A stretch of 64,000 nucleotides of DNA from Betaproteobacteria bacterium (GTDB lineage Bacteria > Pseudomonadota > Gammaproteobacteria > Burkholderiales > SG8-39): the NCBI GenBank assembly GCA_009693235.1, contig SHXR01000009.1, positions 2,195 through 66,194 on the forward strand, written 5' to 3'. Both the position numbers and the translations under genes were made by a program. Below are positions 25,898-35,814 of this stretch, piece after piece. How positions within the stretch are numbered: the stretch's first letter is position 1; each line of letters opens with the position of its first letter. The notes under the pieces were generated by a model. That model was not told the origin of the DNA and searched no databases. It saw nothing but the letters and a program-made list of their open reading frames with translations.

Positions 25898-26843
25898 TGA
25901 TCGCCGCCCACTTTGGTACTTCGGCCGCGATGTAGCTTGCAAACTGTTCGGGCGTGTTGGCGATGATGTCGATGCCAAGCGCATCGAGGCGCTTGCGGAC
26001 GTCGGCATCGTTCAGCGTCGTCATCATTGCGCGATAGAGGGTGGCGGTGATTTCTTTCGAGATGCCGGCCGGCGCGACGATACCGTGCCATGAGGTCGCT
26101 TCGAAGCCGGGAATCATCAGCTCCGCAACGGTGCCGACCGCGGGCAGCGGACCGGAACGTTTGAGCGAGGTCACCGCGATGGGCCGCAGCGCACCGCCTT
26201 GAATATGCGAAATGACCGGTGCGATCGATGAGATGCCGATCTGCACATGGCCGGCGAGGACATTCTGCAGGGCCGGTCCGGTCCCTTTCATTGGGACATG
26301 GACCATACTGAATTTTGCTTCGGTCTTGAGCAACTCGCCGGCCAGATGCGCGGAAGTCCCGTTGCCGCCTGAGGCGAAATTGAGTTTGGTGGGATTGGCT
26401 TTTGCATAGGCAACGAGTTCGGCCAATGAATTGGCCGACAGGGCAGGATGTACGTAGATGATGTTCGGCTGTTCGCCTACCAGCGTAATCGGTTGAAAAT
26501 CTTTGGCTGGATCAAAGTTGATCTTGCGATAGAGGCTCGCATTGACGGCGAGGATGCCATTGGTGCCGAGCATGATGGTGTGGCCGTCGGGCACTGCTCG
26601 CGCCACGTATTCACCGGCGATATTGCCGCCCGCGCCGGCCCGGTTCTCAACCACGACCGACTGCCCGACGACTTGTTCAAGCTTTCGTGCCAAGATTCGA
26701 CCCATGACGTCACTTGGACCGCCAGGAGCGAAGCCGAGGACCAGCGTGATGGGTTTGGTCGGAAAGTCCGCCGCGATGACGGCCGGACCGGCCAGTACGA
26801 TCATTGCAAGACAGACAAGGTGTATCGCTTGCTTCACGACCAT
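25869..26843 (-). CDS. Bug/TctC-family substrate-binding protein
   Basis: Contains FPTKPITLVLGFAPGGPSD...VVENRAGAGGNIA...VPDGHTIML. Its 3' end overlaps the ada 3' end by 29 bp (convergent). Confidence 0.85.
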   Translation of the reverse strand: MVVKQAIHLVCLAMIVLAGPAVIAADFPTKPITLVLGFAPGGPSDVMGRILARKLEQVVGQSVVVENRAGAGGNIAGEYVARAVPDGHTIMLGTNGILAVNASLYRKINFDPAKDFQPITLVGEQPNIIYVHPALSANSLAELVAYAKANPTKLNFASGGNGTSAHLAGELLKTEAKFSMVHVPMKGTGPALQNVLAGHVQIGISSIAPVISHIQGGALRPIAVTSLKRSGPLPAVGTVAELMIPGFEATSWHGIVAPAGISKEITATLYRAMMTTLNDADVRKRLDALGIDIIANTPEQFASYIAAEVPKWAAIIKASGATAD

Positions 26844-26891
26844 CCCCTTTCAGGCAGGCATCAACCGTAACACTACACGGGAATCAAGGCA

Positions 26892-27701
26892 ATGAGTGTG
26901 GTCGAAACCGAACGGCAAGAGGGCGTGATGGTGATCCGGATGAACCGGCCGGAGCGCATGAATGCGTTGGGCACGGAATTGCGTGCTGGGCTGGCCGATG
27001 CATGGTGCGAATTTCGCGATAGCGCGAATCTCGAAGTCGCGATCCTGACCGGCACCGGACGGGCGTTCTGTGCGGGCGAGGATATGAAGGAATCGGTGGA
27101 GCGCGGTACCGCGGGCAGCGCGGCCGGTCCGCAACCGCAACGCGAGAACCCTTATAACAATCGCGCGATCGACAAACCGATCATCGTTGCGATCAATGGT
27201 TTCGCAATGGGTGGGGGCTTTCAGATGGTTGAAAAAGCGGACCTGCGTGTTGCAGTCCGTGGTGCAGTCTTTGAATCATCGGAAGCCAAACGCTGGTTGC
27301 TTGGCGGCTACGACCACGGCTACATCGGTGGACTATCGCATACGATCGCGACCGAAATGGCGTTTGCGTTCCGCTTCACTGCCGAGCGGCTCTACGAGGC
27401 GGGTTTCTTGAATCGGTTGGTAGACGCCGAGGCGTTGATGCCGACCGCCTTCGAGATGGCCGCGCACCTCATGACGCTGCCGCCCGCATCACGGGTGAAC
27501 ACGCTCACCATCATGCGCGCCATGCGACCACGCGTGGCCGATGAGTTGGTGCGACTCGCCGCGCGACTGAAGGAGCATGGCGCCAAAGACGATTTGATGG
27601 AATCGCGCCGTGCGTTCGCGGAGAAACGAGCGCCGAAGTTCAAGGGGTGGAACCATCCGGACGATCGGCTGCGGACGCCCAAACTCGAACGCAAAGGATG
27701 A
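26892..27701 (+). CDS. enoyl-CoA hydratase/isomerase (crotonase) family protein
   Basis: Contains VMVIRMNRPERMNAL...ILTGTGRAFCAGEDM...IVAINGFAMGGGF. Confidence 0.85.
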   Translation: MSVVETERQEGVMVIRMNRPERMNALGTELRAGLADAWCEFRDSANLEVAILTGTGRAFCAGEDMKESVERGTAGSAAGPQPQRENPYNNRAIDKPIIVAINGFAMGGGFQMVEKADLRVAVRGAVFESSEAKRWLLGGYDHGYIGGLSHTIATEMAFAFRFTAERLYEAGFLNRLVDAEALMPTAFEMAAHLMTLPPASRVNTLTIMRAMRPRVADELVRLAARLKEHGAKDDLMESRRAFAEKRAPKFKGWNHPDDRLRTPKLERKG

Positions 27702-27709
27702 ACGCGTAG

Positions 27710-27735
27710 GGCGGAACAGCAAAGCGCATTCCGCC
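27710..27735. repeat. REP-like hairpin between convergent genes (GGCGGAA-N12-TTCCGCC)
   Basis: 7-bp stem with the same architecture as 10084-10108. Preceded by CGTAGG. Confidence 0.5.
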
Positions 27736-27748
27736 ACTCGTTGAAGGA

Positions 27749-28786
27749 CTAAAGGGCCAACTCCGCCAACGCGCGCAGCGCCTCGGGTTGTTCCGTCTTG
27801 ATCAAGAGCGATCGCACTGGCGAAGCCTTCCACGTCTCCAATCGATCGCGGATATGCGCCTTCGTACCCACGAGCGCGGTGGCATCCACCAGCGCATCGG
27901 GCACCGCAGCCGCCGCTTCTCCGCGTTTGCCTGAGAGAAAGAGATCCTGGATCTTGATCGCCGCTTCTTCGTAGCCCAGCCGCTTGGCGTAATCGTTGTA
28001 GAAATTTTTGCTACGCGCACCCATGCCACCGATATACAGCGCAAGACTGGCCTTGATCGGCCGGCGGCAACGCTCCAGATCGTCGCCCATTACGCAGGTC
28101 ACAAAGGGCGCGACATCGAAATTGGCAAGCGACTTGCCGCCGCCTGCTTTCGCGAATCCTTTTTCAAGACTTGGTTGCAAAAGATCGAAGCGCTCCGGAT
28201 GCATCCAGACCGGGATCAAGCCGTCCGCGCACTCCGCGCTGCACTCGATCCCGGCCGGTCCAATCGACGCAGTGTAGATCTGCAGATCCTTGCGGCCATG
28301 GATGATGCTCTTCAGCGGTTTGCCAAGACCTGTTGCGCCAGGCCCCGCATACGGAATCTGATAATGCTCGCCTTGGAATTCGAGCGGGGCTTCGCGTGCA
28401 ATGATGTTGCGCACGATGTTGACGTACTCGCGCGTCCGGGTGAGCGGCTTGCCATACGCCACGCCATGCCAACCTTCCACGACCTGCGGACCGGAGGGCC
28501 CAAGGCCAAGAATGAACCGTCCGCCAGACATCGCATCGATGGTCATCGCAGTCATTGCCGTCATGGCGGGCGTGCGGGCGGGCATTTGCATGATCGCGGT
28601 GCCCAGTTTGATGGTCGAGGTGAAGGCGGCCATGTAGGCGATCGGTGAAACGGCATCGGACCCGTAGGCCTCCGCGCTCCACACCGACCAGAATCCGAGG
28701 CGCTCGGCTTCGAGAATCAGCTCGCGATTGATCTGCAAGGCAGCGCCTGAGTAACCGGCAGTAAGGCCTAGACGAAGGGTGGGCAT
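27749..28786 (-). CDS. LLM-class (luciferase-like) flavin/F420-dependent oxidoreductase
   Basis: Contains [12 protein letters not shown]...[19 protein letters not shown]...[30 protein letters not shown]. Confidence 0.85.
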   Translation of the reverse strand: MPTLRLGLTAGYSGAALQINRELILEAERLGFWSVWSAEAYGSDAVSPIAYMAAFTSTIKLGTAIMQMPARTPAMTAMTAMTIDAMSGGRFILGLGPSGPQVVEGWHGVAYGKPLTRTREYVNIVRNIIAREAPLEFQGEHYQIPYAGPGATGLGKPLKSIIHGRKDLQIYTASIGPAGIECSAECADGLIPVWMHPERFDLLQPSLEKGFAKAGGGKSLANFDVAPFVTCVMGDDLERCRRPIKASLALYIGGMGARSKNFYNDYAKRLGYEEAAIKIQDLFLSGKRGEAAAAVPDALVDATALVGTKAHIRDRLETWKASPVRSLLIKTEQPEALRALAELAL

Positions 28787-28889
28787 GGTGGGTTCCTTGA
28801 TTGGATTCACGGCATTCTATCGTCTGACAATAGCGTCGCTGCTGTGTGAGCCATTCCGTTACCGTACCGCCTATGGTTGAATAACAGCC

Positions 28890-29966
28890 ATGACGACCAA
28901 CCAATCGCTCCAACACGCCATTGCCTTCGCGCAAGCCCATGAAAATCCAGCCCCACGGGATCTTTCCCATCCCGATGCCGGCATCTTCAAGCTGGATCGG
29001 GCGCCCTGGAACCGGTTGCTAGGTCCCACCGCAGCACGCGGACCGGTGAGCGGTGTGATCTGGCATGATGGCGCTGAGATTGCCGCATTCGGCGAACCGG
29101 GTCGCGCTGACTTTACTTTTAGCGTGGCGAAGACCTACCTCGCTCTGTTGGCCGGTGTTGCGGCCGACCGTAGCATACTGATCGATTTCGATGAACCGGT
29201 CGTCTCGAAGATCGGCGACATTGGGTTTGATTCGGGGAATAATCGCGCTGTGACATGGCGCCATCTGCTGCAGCAAACGAGCGAATGGGAAGGCGAATGC
29301 GCCGGTGTGCCTGAGCAAGTCGATCGCTATCGGACGCTGTCGTATCAGCCGGGTGCGCCGGTTGGAGCAAAAGGCGATGCGCGGCCGTTGCAGCGTCCCG
29401 GGACATTCTGGGAATATAACGACGTTCGTATCAACCAGCTGGCGTTGGCGTTGCTGTACTTGTTCCGGCGACCGTTGCCGGAGGTGTTTCGCGAGGCGAT
29501 CACCGATCCGCTTGGCATCGACGAGGCGTGGGAATGGCTTGGTTACGAGGATAGCTGGGTGGACCTCGACGGCCGGCGTGTGCAATCGGTTCCTGGTGGC
29601 AGTCATTGGGGCGGTGGGGTACGGATCTCGGCCCGCGCCCAGGCCAAGATTGGACAGATGCTGCTGGCTTGCGGCGTTGCCAACGGCAAGCGGGTGTTAT
29701 CGGCCGAATGGATTGATGCGCTGCAGGTGCCCTGCACGGTCGCACCGTTCTACGGCATGCTGGTTTGGCTGAATCGCACGCGGCAGATTTTTCCAAGTGC
29801 ACCCGCGACCAGTTGGTTCGCCATTGGGCATGGCGGTAATATCACCTGGATCGATCCGGTGCTGCGCAGCGTGGTGGTCGTGCGGTGGATGGATCCCCCA
29901 CATATCGATGCGTTGTTTGGGAAAATCGCGGCTGCATTGAACACTATCAGGAGCGTTGATCGATGA
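28890..29966 (+). CDS. serine hydrolase (beta-lactamase/transpeptidase-like fold)
   Basis: 358 aa. FSVAKTYLAL fits an SxxK nucleophile motif. The rest of the match is weak by eye. Confidence 0.6.
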   Translation: MTTNQSLQHAIAFAQAHENPAPRDLSHPDAGIFKLDRAPWNRLLGPTAARGPVSGVIWHDGAEIAAFGEPGRADFTFSVAKTYLALLAGVAADRSILIDFDEPVVSKIGDIGFDSGNNRAVTWRHLLQQTSEWEGECAGVPEQVDRYRTLSYQPGAPVGAKGDARPLQRPGTFWEYNDVRINQLALALLYLFRRPLPEVFREAITDPLGIDEAWEWLGYEDSWVDLDGRRVQSVPGGSHWGGGVRISARAQAKIGQMLLACGVANGKRVLSAEWIDALQVPCTVAPFYGMLVWLNRTRQIFPSAPATSWFAIGHGGNITWIDPVLRSVVVVRWMDPPHIDALFGKIAAALNTIRSVDR

Positions 29967-30586
29967 ATGCCTATGAGAAGATTGTCGGCCGCGTCGTGCA
30001 AGATGAAATCATTCCCGCGCGCGCCGGATGGAGCGGCGAAATTAAGGCCGGCCAAACCCTGCGGATCGTCGATCTGGAAGGCAAGCAGGCGGTCGATTTT
30101 CTTTGCTACAACGCGCGCGATTATGAAGACCGCTATGCCGCGGCCGACACGATGAAGATCAACGGCAACCTGTTCATCCGCAAAGGCACGGTCATCTATT
30201 CCGTCAACTGCAATCCGCTATTTACCGTCGTCGATGACACCTGCGGTTTGCACGACACCATTGGCGGCTGTTGTTCATCGGCCCTCAACCGGCGCCGTTA
30301 CAACAAGCCCGATGATCCCAGTTGCCGGCAGAATTTTCTGGGGCAACTCTCGCGCTATGGCATGGGTCCGCGCGATATGGTGGCAAATCTCAACTTCTTC
30401 ATGTATGTCCCCGTGGCCAAAGACGGCTCGATGGACATGGGCCCTAGCATCTCAAAGCCCGGCGACTATCTTGATTTACGCGCCGAAATGGATGTGCTCG
30501 CGGTGATTTCGAATTGCCCACAGATGAATAATCCGGTGAACGATTTCAATCCGACGCCGGTGCGGGTGATGGTGTACGGCACCTGA
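29963..30586 (+). CDS. DUF1989 (urea-carboxylase-associated) family protein
   Basis: Contains IPARAGWSGEIKAGQTLRIVDLEGKQAVDFLCYNA...HDTIGGCCS. ATGA overlap with the upstream gene. Confidence 0.75.
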   Translation: MNAYEKIVGRVVQDEIIPARAGWSGEIKAGQTLRIVDLEGKQAVDFLCYNARDYEDRYAAADTMKINGNLFIRKGTVIYSVNCNPLFTVVDDTCGLHDTIGGCCSSALNRRRYNKPDDPSCRQNFLGQLSRYGMGPRDMVANLNFFMYVPVAKDGSMDMGPSISKPGDYLDLRAEMDVLAVISNCPQMNNPVNDFNPTPVRVMVYGT

Positions 30587-30604
30587 CCGGGCGCCGTTGC
30601 GCGC

Positions 30605-32350
30605 CTACAGTTTTGCTTTGTACGTGTCTTTCGCGACGGCCGGCGATACGTAACCCTGCCGCACATCGTTCGCGACCTTCGCTGGATCGCGCTCCTCGGG
30701 TTTGCCAAAGCCGCCGCCACCGCCGGTGCGAATGATGAGTGCATCACCTTGCTTCAAGCGGGTGCTTAGCACCTTCGCATTCAGGAAATCGTCTTTCAGC
30801 ATGCCGTCGATCCGCACCCCGACCTGATTGCCGGCACCCGCATGGCCGCCTGCCAATCCCCAGGGCGCACAGTGCATGCGATCGACCTGGATGTTGAAAT
30901 TGATCGGCGCACGCGCGCGCACTATTTGTTCGGTGCCAAGCCCGCCTCGAAAGCGTCCGGCGCCGCCTGAGTCGTTGCGGAGCGCATGGCGTTCAAAGAG
31001 GATCGGCGTCTTCGCCTCAAGCTGTTCGATCGGGTGGTTGTGCGTATCGCCATCGTTCATGCAGACGGTCGCGCTGGTGCCATCGGCGTTGTGTTTGGCG
31101 CCCCAACCGCCACCCGACGGTCCGACGCTCGACAGGAACAACCGGCCATCGCCCGGCGAAATGCCATGCAGCATGGCCACCCCCAGATCGGCGTGATGTG
31201 CGGCGATCGAACGCTCGGGGATGGCGCCTGCCATCGCTTTGAATACTGTGTCGATGATCGTCATCGGAAACGTCATCCACCAGCGCATCGCGGCGGGTTT
31301 GACGGCCGTCACCACGGTGCCTTCAACGAGCTTCACCTTAAGCGAACGAAAGCTTCCTTCATTGATCGGATAGTCGGTGGGCGAGGTGAGGCACTTGTAG
31401 GCGACCTGGGCGCAGGCATAGCCGGTCGTGATGCCTGAATTAAAGAAGCCCCGCACCTGACGGCCTACTTCGGTCAGATCGATGGTCATCTCGTCGCCCT
31501 TCTTGATGATGCGGACCTTGATCGGTATCCGCTTGCCGACCTCGACGCCGTCGTCATCCATGAAGGACTCGGCTTCATACGTGCCATCGGGAATGGTGCG
31601 GGTGTGGGCGCGCGCGGCCTGCTCGGACTGATCCATGATGTTGCGAATCGCCGCCAGCACCGGCTCGCGACCATAGCGTTGCAGGAGTTCGGTGAAACGA
31701 CGCTCGCCGGTGGTGATGGCGATGATCTGCGCGCGTAGATCGCCCATCGCGCGATCGGGGATCCGCACATTCATTTGAATGATGTCGACTAACTCTTGAT
31801 TGACGATGCCCGCCTTGCGGTACTTCATGATCGGGATCTGGATGCCCTCTGCGAAGATATCGGTCGTGATCCCGCCCAACACGCCGCCCACGTCCGGCCA
31901 ATGCGCCATGCAGCAGGTCCACCCGGTCAGTTTGCCGTCGTAGAAAATCGGCAGGCTGAAGGTGAAGTGATGGAGGTGGCTGCCGGTGAGATAGGCGTCA
32001 TTGGTGACCAGGATGTCGCCTGGTTCGATGCCATCCACGCCGAATTTCTTCAACTCGGCGCGGATCGTCTCCGACATGCCGCGAATGAAACTTGGCAGGC
32101 CAAGTCCAATCGAAATAGTGTCGCCTTCGGCAGTAAAGAGGCCGACGGTGAAATCGAGCGCCTCGTAGATGATCATGTTGTAGGCGGTGCGCATGAGATT
32201 GGTTTTCATCTCTTCGGTCACCGCCAACACGCCATTACGAACGATTTCGGTGAGGACGGCATCGGCCTGGATGCGCGGTCCAGCGGTTTGCCGGCGTGGC
32301 GGGCGGGTTGTCTTCGCCTTCGTTGACTTCGTTGCTTTGCTCGTCGGCAT
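30605..32350 (-). CDS. hyuB: hydantoinase B/oxoprolinase family protein (second copy)
   Basis: Roughly 60 percent identical by eye to 6726..8621 (LTEIVRNG, MRTAYNMIIYEALDFTVGLF, RIPDRAMGDLRAQ, GGGGFG). Has a Lys/Thr-rich N-terminal extension. Confidence 0.9.
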   Translation of the reverse strand: MPTSKATKSTKAKTTRPPRRQTAGPRIQADAVLTEIVRNGVLAVTEEMKTNLMRTAYNMIIYEALDFTVGLFTAEGDTISIGLGLPSFIRGMSETIRAELKKFGVDGIEPGDILVTNDAYLTGSHLHHFTFSLPIFYDGKLTGWTCCMAHWPDVGGVLGGITTDIFAEGIQIPIMKYRKAGIVNQELVDIIQMNVRIPDRAMGDLRAQIIAITTGERRFTELLQRYGREPVLAAIRNIMDQSEQAARAHTRTIPDGTYEAESFMDDDGVEVGKRIPIKVRIIKKGDEMTIDLTEVGRQVRGFFNSGITTGYACAQVAYKCLTSPTDYPINEGSFRSLKVKLVEGTVVTAVKPAAMRWWMTFPMTIIDTVFKAMAGAIPERSIAAHHADLGVAMLHGISPGDGRLFLSSVGPSGGGWGAKHNADGTSATVCMNDGDTHNHPIEQLEAKTPILFERHALRNDSGGAGRFRGGLGTEQIVRARAPINFNIQVDRMHCAPWGLAGGHAGAGNQVGVRIDGMLKDDFLNAKVLSTRLKQGDALIIRTGGGGGFGKPEERDPAKVANDVRQGYVSPAVAKDTYKAKL

Positions 32351-34440
32351 TACCGTCTCCTCCCGACCGCTATGATCAGATTACCGAAATCATCGACCCG
32401 CATGGCATCTCCCGGCAAGAGCACAGTGGTGGAGGCGTACTCTTCGATCAGGGCAGGGCCTTTGATGCGATTGCGGGCGCGCAACGCATCGCGGGCAAAC
32501 ACCGGCGTACGCACTGCTTTGCCAAGTTCGGCGAAATACACCGGGCGTGTGCCGGACGCAGCATCGCGCGATGGGGTAGGGCCACCGCATGCGATGGGCT
32601 CAAGCGGCGGTTTTTTCATGACGCCGGTGACGGTGATACGAAGGCTCACGATTTCAGCAGGTTCCTTGGGTGCGCTGGTACCGTAACGTCGTGCATGGAC
32701 GGCACCGAAATGGTCCTTGATCGCGTCTCGATCGCGTTTGCGGATCACGTCCGGTGACAAATCCACGGTGACCGGATGCTCTTGACCGACGTAGCGCATA
32801 TCCGCGGCATAGGCGATCACCGTCTTGGCGGGCTTGATCTGGCTGCGCGCCAAGGACTCTTTACCTTCCGCGATCAATGCGTCGAACACCTTCTTGAGAT
32901 CGGCAAACGACGCATCGACCAATCTGGTGAACCAGGTACGGACGAGGTCATAGCGCAAATCCGAGTGCAGCATGCCAAACGCGCAGAAATGGCCTGGCGC
33001 ACGTGGAATGACGAGGGTGCTCATGCCAATTTCCCGTGCGATAGCCGAAGCGTGCAAGGGCCCGGCGCCCCCATAGGCAATCAGCGGAAACGCGGCCGCA
33101 TCCATGCCGCGGTCGGTGGAGACGCCCTTCACCGCGTAGGACATCGTGGTGGCGGCGATGCGCAACATGCCATCGGCCGCTTGCAGCAGCGACATGCGAA
33201 GGGGTTTGGCGATGTGATCGCGGATGGCTTTTTCTGCCGCGCCAGTATCGAGCTGCATTTCACCGCCGAGGAACCGATCCGCACCGAGTCGGCCAAGGAC
33301 CAGATTGGCATCGGTGACCGTCGGCAACTGGCCGCCCCGGCCATAGGAGGCTGGTCCCGGATCGGCGCCTGCACTGTGCGGCCCGACGTGCAGCGCGCCG
33401 GTGGGCCCAATGGTCGCGATGCTGCCTCCACCGGTGCCGACTTCAAACACATCGACCATCGGGATCTGGACCGGTAAGGCGTGGTCATAGCCACCGATCA
33501 GCGCGGTACTGGCGGTAAGGATTTCGCCGCGATAGATCACTCCGGCCTTGGCGGTGGTCCCACCCATATCGAAGGCGACGGCATCGGGTAGCCCAAGGGT
33601 TCGACAGAGCGCCTGGGCACCCACGATGCCGGCGGCCGGACCCGATTCCAGCATGCGCACGCACTGCATCTGGGCTTGTTTGGATTCGTAGAGTCCACCG
33701 GTCGATTGCACCAGCAAGAAATGGCCGGTGAAGCCGGAGCGGTGCAGATGCGCATCGATGCTGGCGATGTACTGGCTCACCCGCGGACCGATGAACGCAT
33801 TCGCCGCGACCGTTGAGCAGCGTTCGAACTCACGATACTCCTGGGAGAGTTCATGCGAGGCGGTCACGAAGGCGTGCGGCAGGCGTGCTTGGACGATCGC
33901 TTTGACGCGGGACTCATGGGACGGATTGCGATAGCAATGAAACAGCATGATCGCGACCGCCTGCACGCCTTCTGCAATCAGCCGATCACAGGTTTTATGG
34001 ACGGAGTCTTCATCGAGCGGTGTGTCGACATCGCCCTCGGCGGTCAGGCGTTCACGGACTTCCAGGCAGAGCGCGCGTTCGATCAGCGGCACATGCTTGG
34101 TGAAGAACAGGTTGTAGGCATCCGGACGATTGATGCGGCCGATTTCGTAGATGTCGCGAAAGCCCTCGGTGATGAGGAGGCCCGCCTTGGCGCCGGTGCG
34201 TTCGAGCATCGTGTTGATGGCGATCGTCGATCCGTGCAGGAAGAGCGCGGCGTCCGCATAGGTGGTACCCGCCTTCTCGACGCCCCGCGTAATGCCATCG
34301 GCCAAGTCAGCCGGGGTGGAGAGGGTCTTGCCAAGCAACAAGCGTCCGGACTTTGGGTCGAATGCGGCAACGTCGGTAAAGGTGCCACCGATATCGGAAG
34401 CAAGCCGGGTGCGCACGTTCTGTTTACTCCTTACGATCAT
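32350..34440 (-). CDS. hyuA: hydantoinase/oxoprolinase family protein A subunit (second copy)
   Basis: Contains [44 protein letters not shown] and [16 protein letters not shown] overlap with hyuB. Confidence 0.9.
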   Translation of the reverse strand: MIVRSKQNVRTRLASDIGGTFTDVAAFDPKSGRLLLGKTLSTPADLADGITRGVEKAGTTYADAALFLHGSTIAINTMLERTGAKAGLLITEGFRDIYEIGRINRPDAYNLFFTKHVPLIERALCLEVRERLTAEGDVDTPLDEDSVHKTCDRLIAEGVQAVAIMLFHCYRNPSHESRVKAIVQARLPHAFVTASHELSQEYREFERCSTVAANAFIGPRVSQYIASIDAHLHRSGFTGHFLLVQSTGGLYESKQAQMQCVRMLESGPAAGIVGAQALCRTLGLPDAVAFDMGGTTAKAGVIYRGEILTASTALIGGYDHALPVQIPMVDVFEVGTGGGSIATIGPTGALHVGPHSAGADPGPASYGRGGQLPTVTDANLVLGRLGADRFLGGEMQLDTGAAEKAIRDHIAKPLRMSLLQAADGMLRIAATTMSYAVKGVSTDRGMDAAAFPLIAYGGAGPLHASAIAREIGMSTLVIPRAPGHFCAFGMLHSDLRYDLVRTWFTRLVDASFADLKKVFDALIAEGKESLARSQIKPAKTVIAYAADMRYVGQEHPVTVDLSPDVIRKRDRDAIKDHFGAVHARRYGTSAPKEPAEIVSLRITVTGVMKKPPLEPIACGGPTPSRDAASGTRPVYFAELGKAVRTPVFARDALRARNRIKGPALIEEYASTTVLLPGDAMRVDDFGNLIIAVGRRR

Positions 34441-34521
34441 TCTTGTTCCTCGCGATCTTATTCCTCACTATAGGCCCGCTTCATAGAGGGCGCGTCATGC
34501 TATCAGAGGGGCATAGCCGGC

Positions 34522-34947
34522 ATGGCGATCAGCATAGAATCGACGCGCGGGGCCATTCGATCTCTCGGATTAAATAGGGTGAGCAAAAAGCAATCGACGT
34601 CGTCCGATCGTATGCGCGTGCAGGCAATGCAGTTGCTTGGGCGCTGGACGCGCTTGTCAGCTGGACATATTGCGCTCGGGGCGGGTTGTCTTTGTGGCGC
34701 ATCGTTTGGCGCATTGCAACCGTCTGACTATGACGAACAGATCGTCGCCTTCCTGGTTGGCAGACATCCGCGTATCAAGGCGATCGACCATGCGCGCCTC
34801 GATCAGTTGCTCCGAGCGATTGCAAATGGCGCCGTTGCAAGGGATGCTAGCCTTACGCCGCCTGAGTGCCAGGCACTGCTTGGCGATGTCGAGCGCAGCC
34901 TGGATTCGTTTGATGAAGTGCATAGGACCGGATCGAAGGGGATTTGA
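34522..34947 (+). CDS. hypothetical protein (no recognisable domain)
   Basis: 141-aa ORF whose TGA overlaps the ATG of the downstream SDR gene (TGATG). Many A/T-ending codons compared with its neighbours, so coding status is uncertain. Confidence 0.35.
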   Translation: MAISIESTRGAIRSLGLNRVSKKQSTSSDRMRVQAMQLLGRWTRLSAGHIALGAGCLCGASFGALQPSDYDEQIVAFLVGRHPRIKAIDHARLDQLLRAIANGAVARDASLTPPECQALLGDVERSLDSFDEVHRTGSKGI

Positions 34948-35708
34948 TGGGAACATTGCAGGGGAAAATCGCGCTGGTGACTGGCGGCAGTCGTGGCATC
35001 GGTCGCGTCACCGCGCTGCGTCTGGCCAAAGAGGGTGCGACGGTTGCGGTGCATTACGGCAATAACGCGTCGGCGGCGAAAGAGGTGGTCGATGCGATTG
35101 CATCGAATGGTGGCGCCGCGTTTGCCGTCTGCGCCGATTTGTCCGCGCAAGGGGGCGTCGAAGCCCTCTTTACCGCGCTCGATCGTGAATTGCGCGCCCG
35201 CACCGGCGACATTCGCTTCGACATCCTGGTCAACAACGCCGGCATCTGGGTGCGCGGAGCCATCGAAGAGGTCACCGAAGATGTCTTCGATCGGCTGTTC
35301 CAGGTCAACGTCAAGGCGCCTTTCTTCATTACGCAAAAGACGGCGGCGCGGCTCCGCGATGGCGGCAGGATCATCAACGTCTCGTCGACCGCCGGGCGCA
35401 TTGGCTATCCGGAAATGGTGGTCTATGGGGCGACCAAGGGTGCCGTTGAGGCGGTGACCCGATCGCTCGCCAATCACTTCGGCGCACGCGGGATCACCGT
35501 CAATTCGGTGACCCCGGGTGCGACCGACACCGGTATGAACCTCAGCCTGCGCGATCCGGTGATCGGTGCAGCGGTATCCGCAAACACTGCGCTCAAGCGC
35601 ATCGGCCGGCCCGACGATATCGCCGGAGTGATCGCGTTTCTGGCTTCGGACGATGCGCGGTGGATCACCGGTACGCGGGTCGATGCCAGCGGTGGCTTGA
35701 AGATCTAG
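34947..35708 (+). CDS. SDR-family oxidoreductase (3-oxoacyl-ACP reductase-like)
   Basis: Contains [15 protein letters not shown] and YGATKGA, the classical SDR motifs. Confidence 0.9.
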   Translation: MGTLQGKIALVTGGSRGIGRVTALRLAKEGATVAVHYGNNASAAKEVVDAIASNGGAAFAVCADLSAQGGVEALFTALDRELRARTGDIRFDILVNNAGIWVRGAIEEVTEDVFDRLFQVNVKAPFFITQKTAARLRDGGRIINVSSTAGRIGYPEMVVYGATKGAVEAVTRSLANHFGARGITVNSVTPGATDTGMNLSLRDPVIGAAVSANTALKRIGRPDDIAGVIAFLASDDARWITGTRVDASGGLKI

Positions 35709-35814
35709 CGGTGCCGAGGATGTCACTCGGGCGGCAACATTCCCGCGCATTCCGGCGCATAATTACGGGCGGTAGACTGCGGTCCCATGCTGTCATTCAC
35801 GTGTAGAGGAGAAC

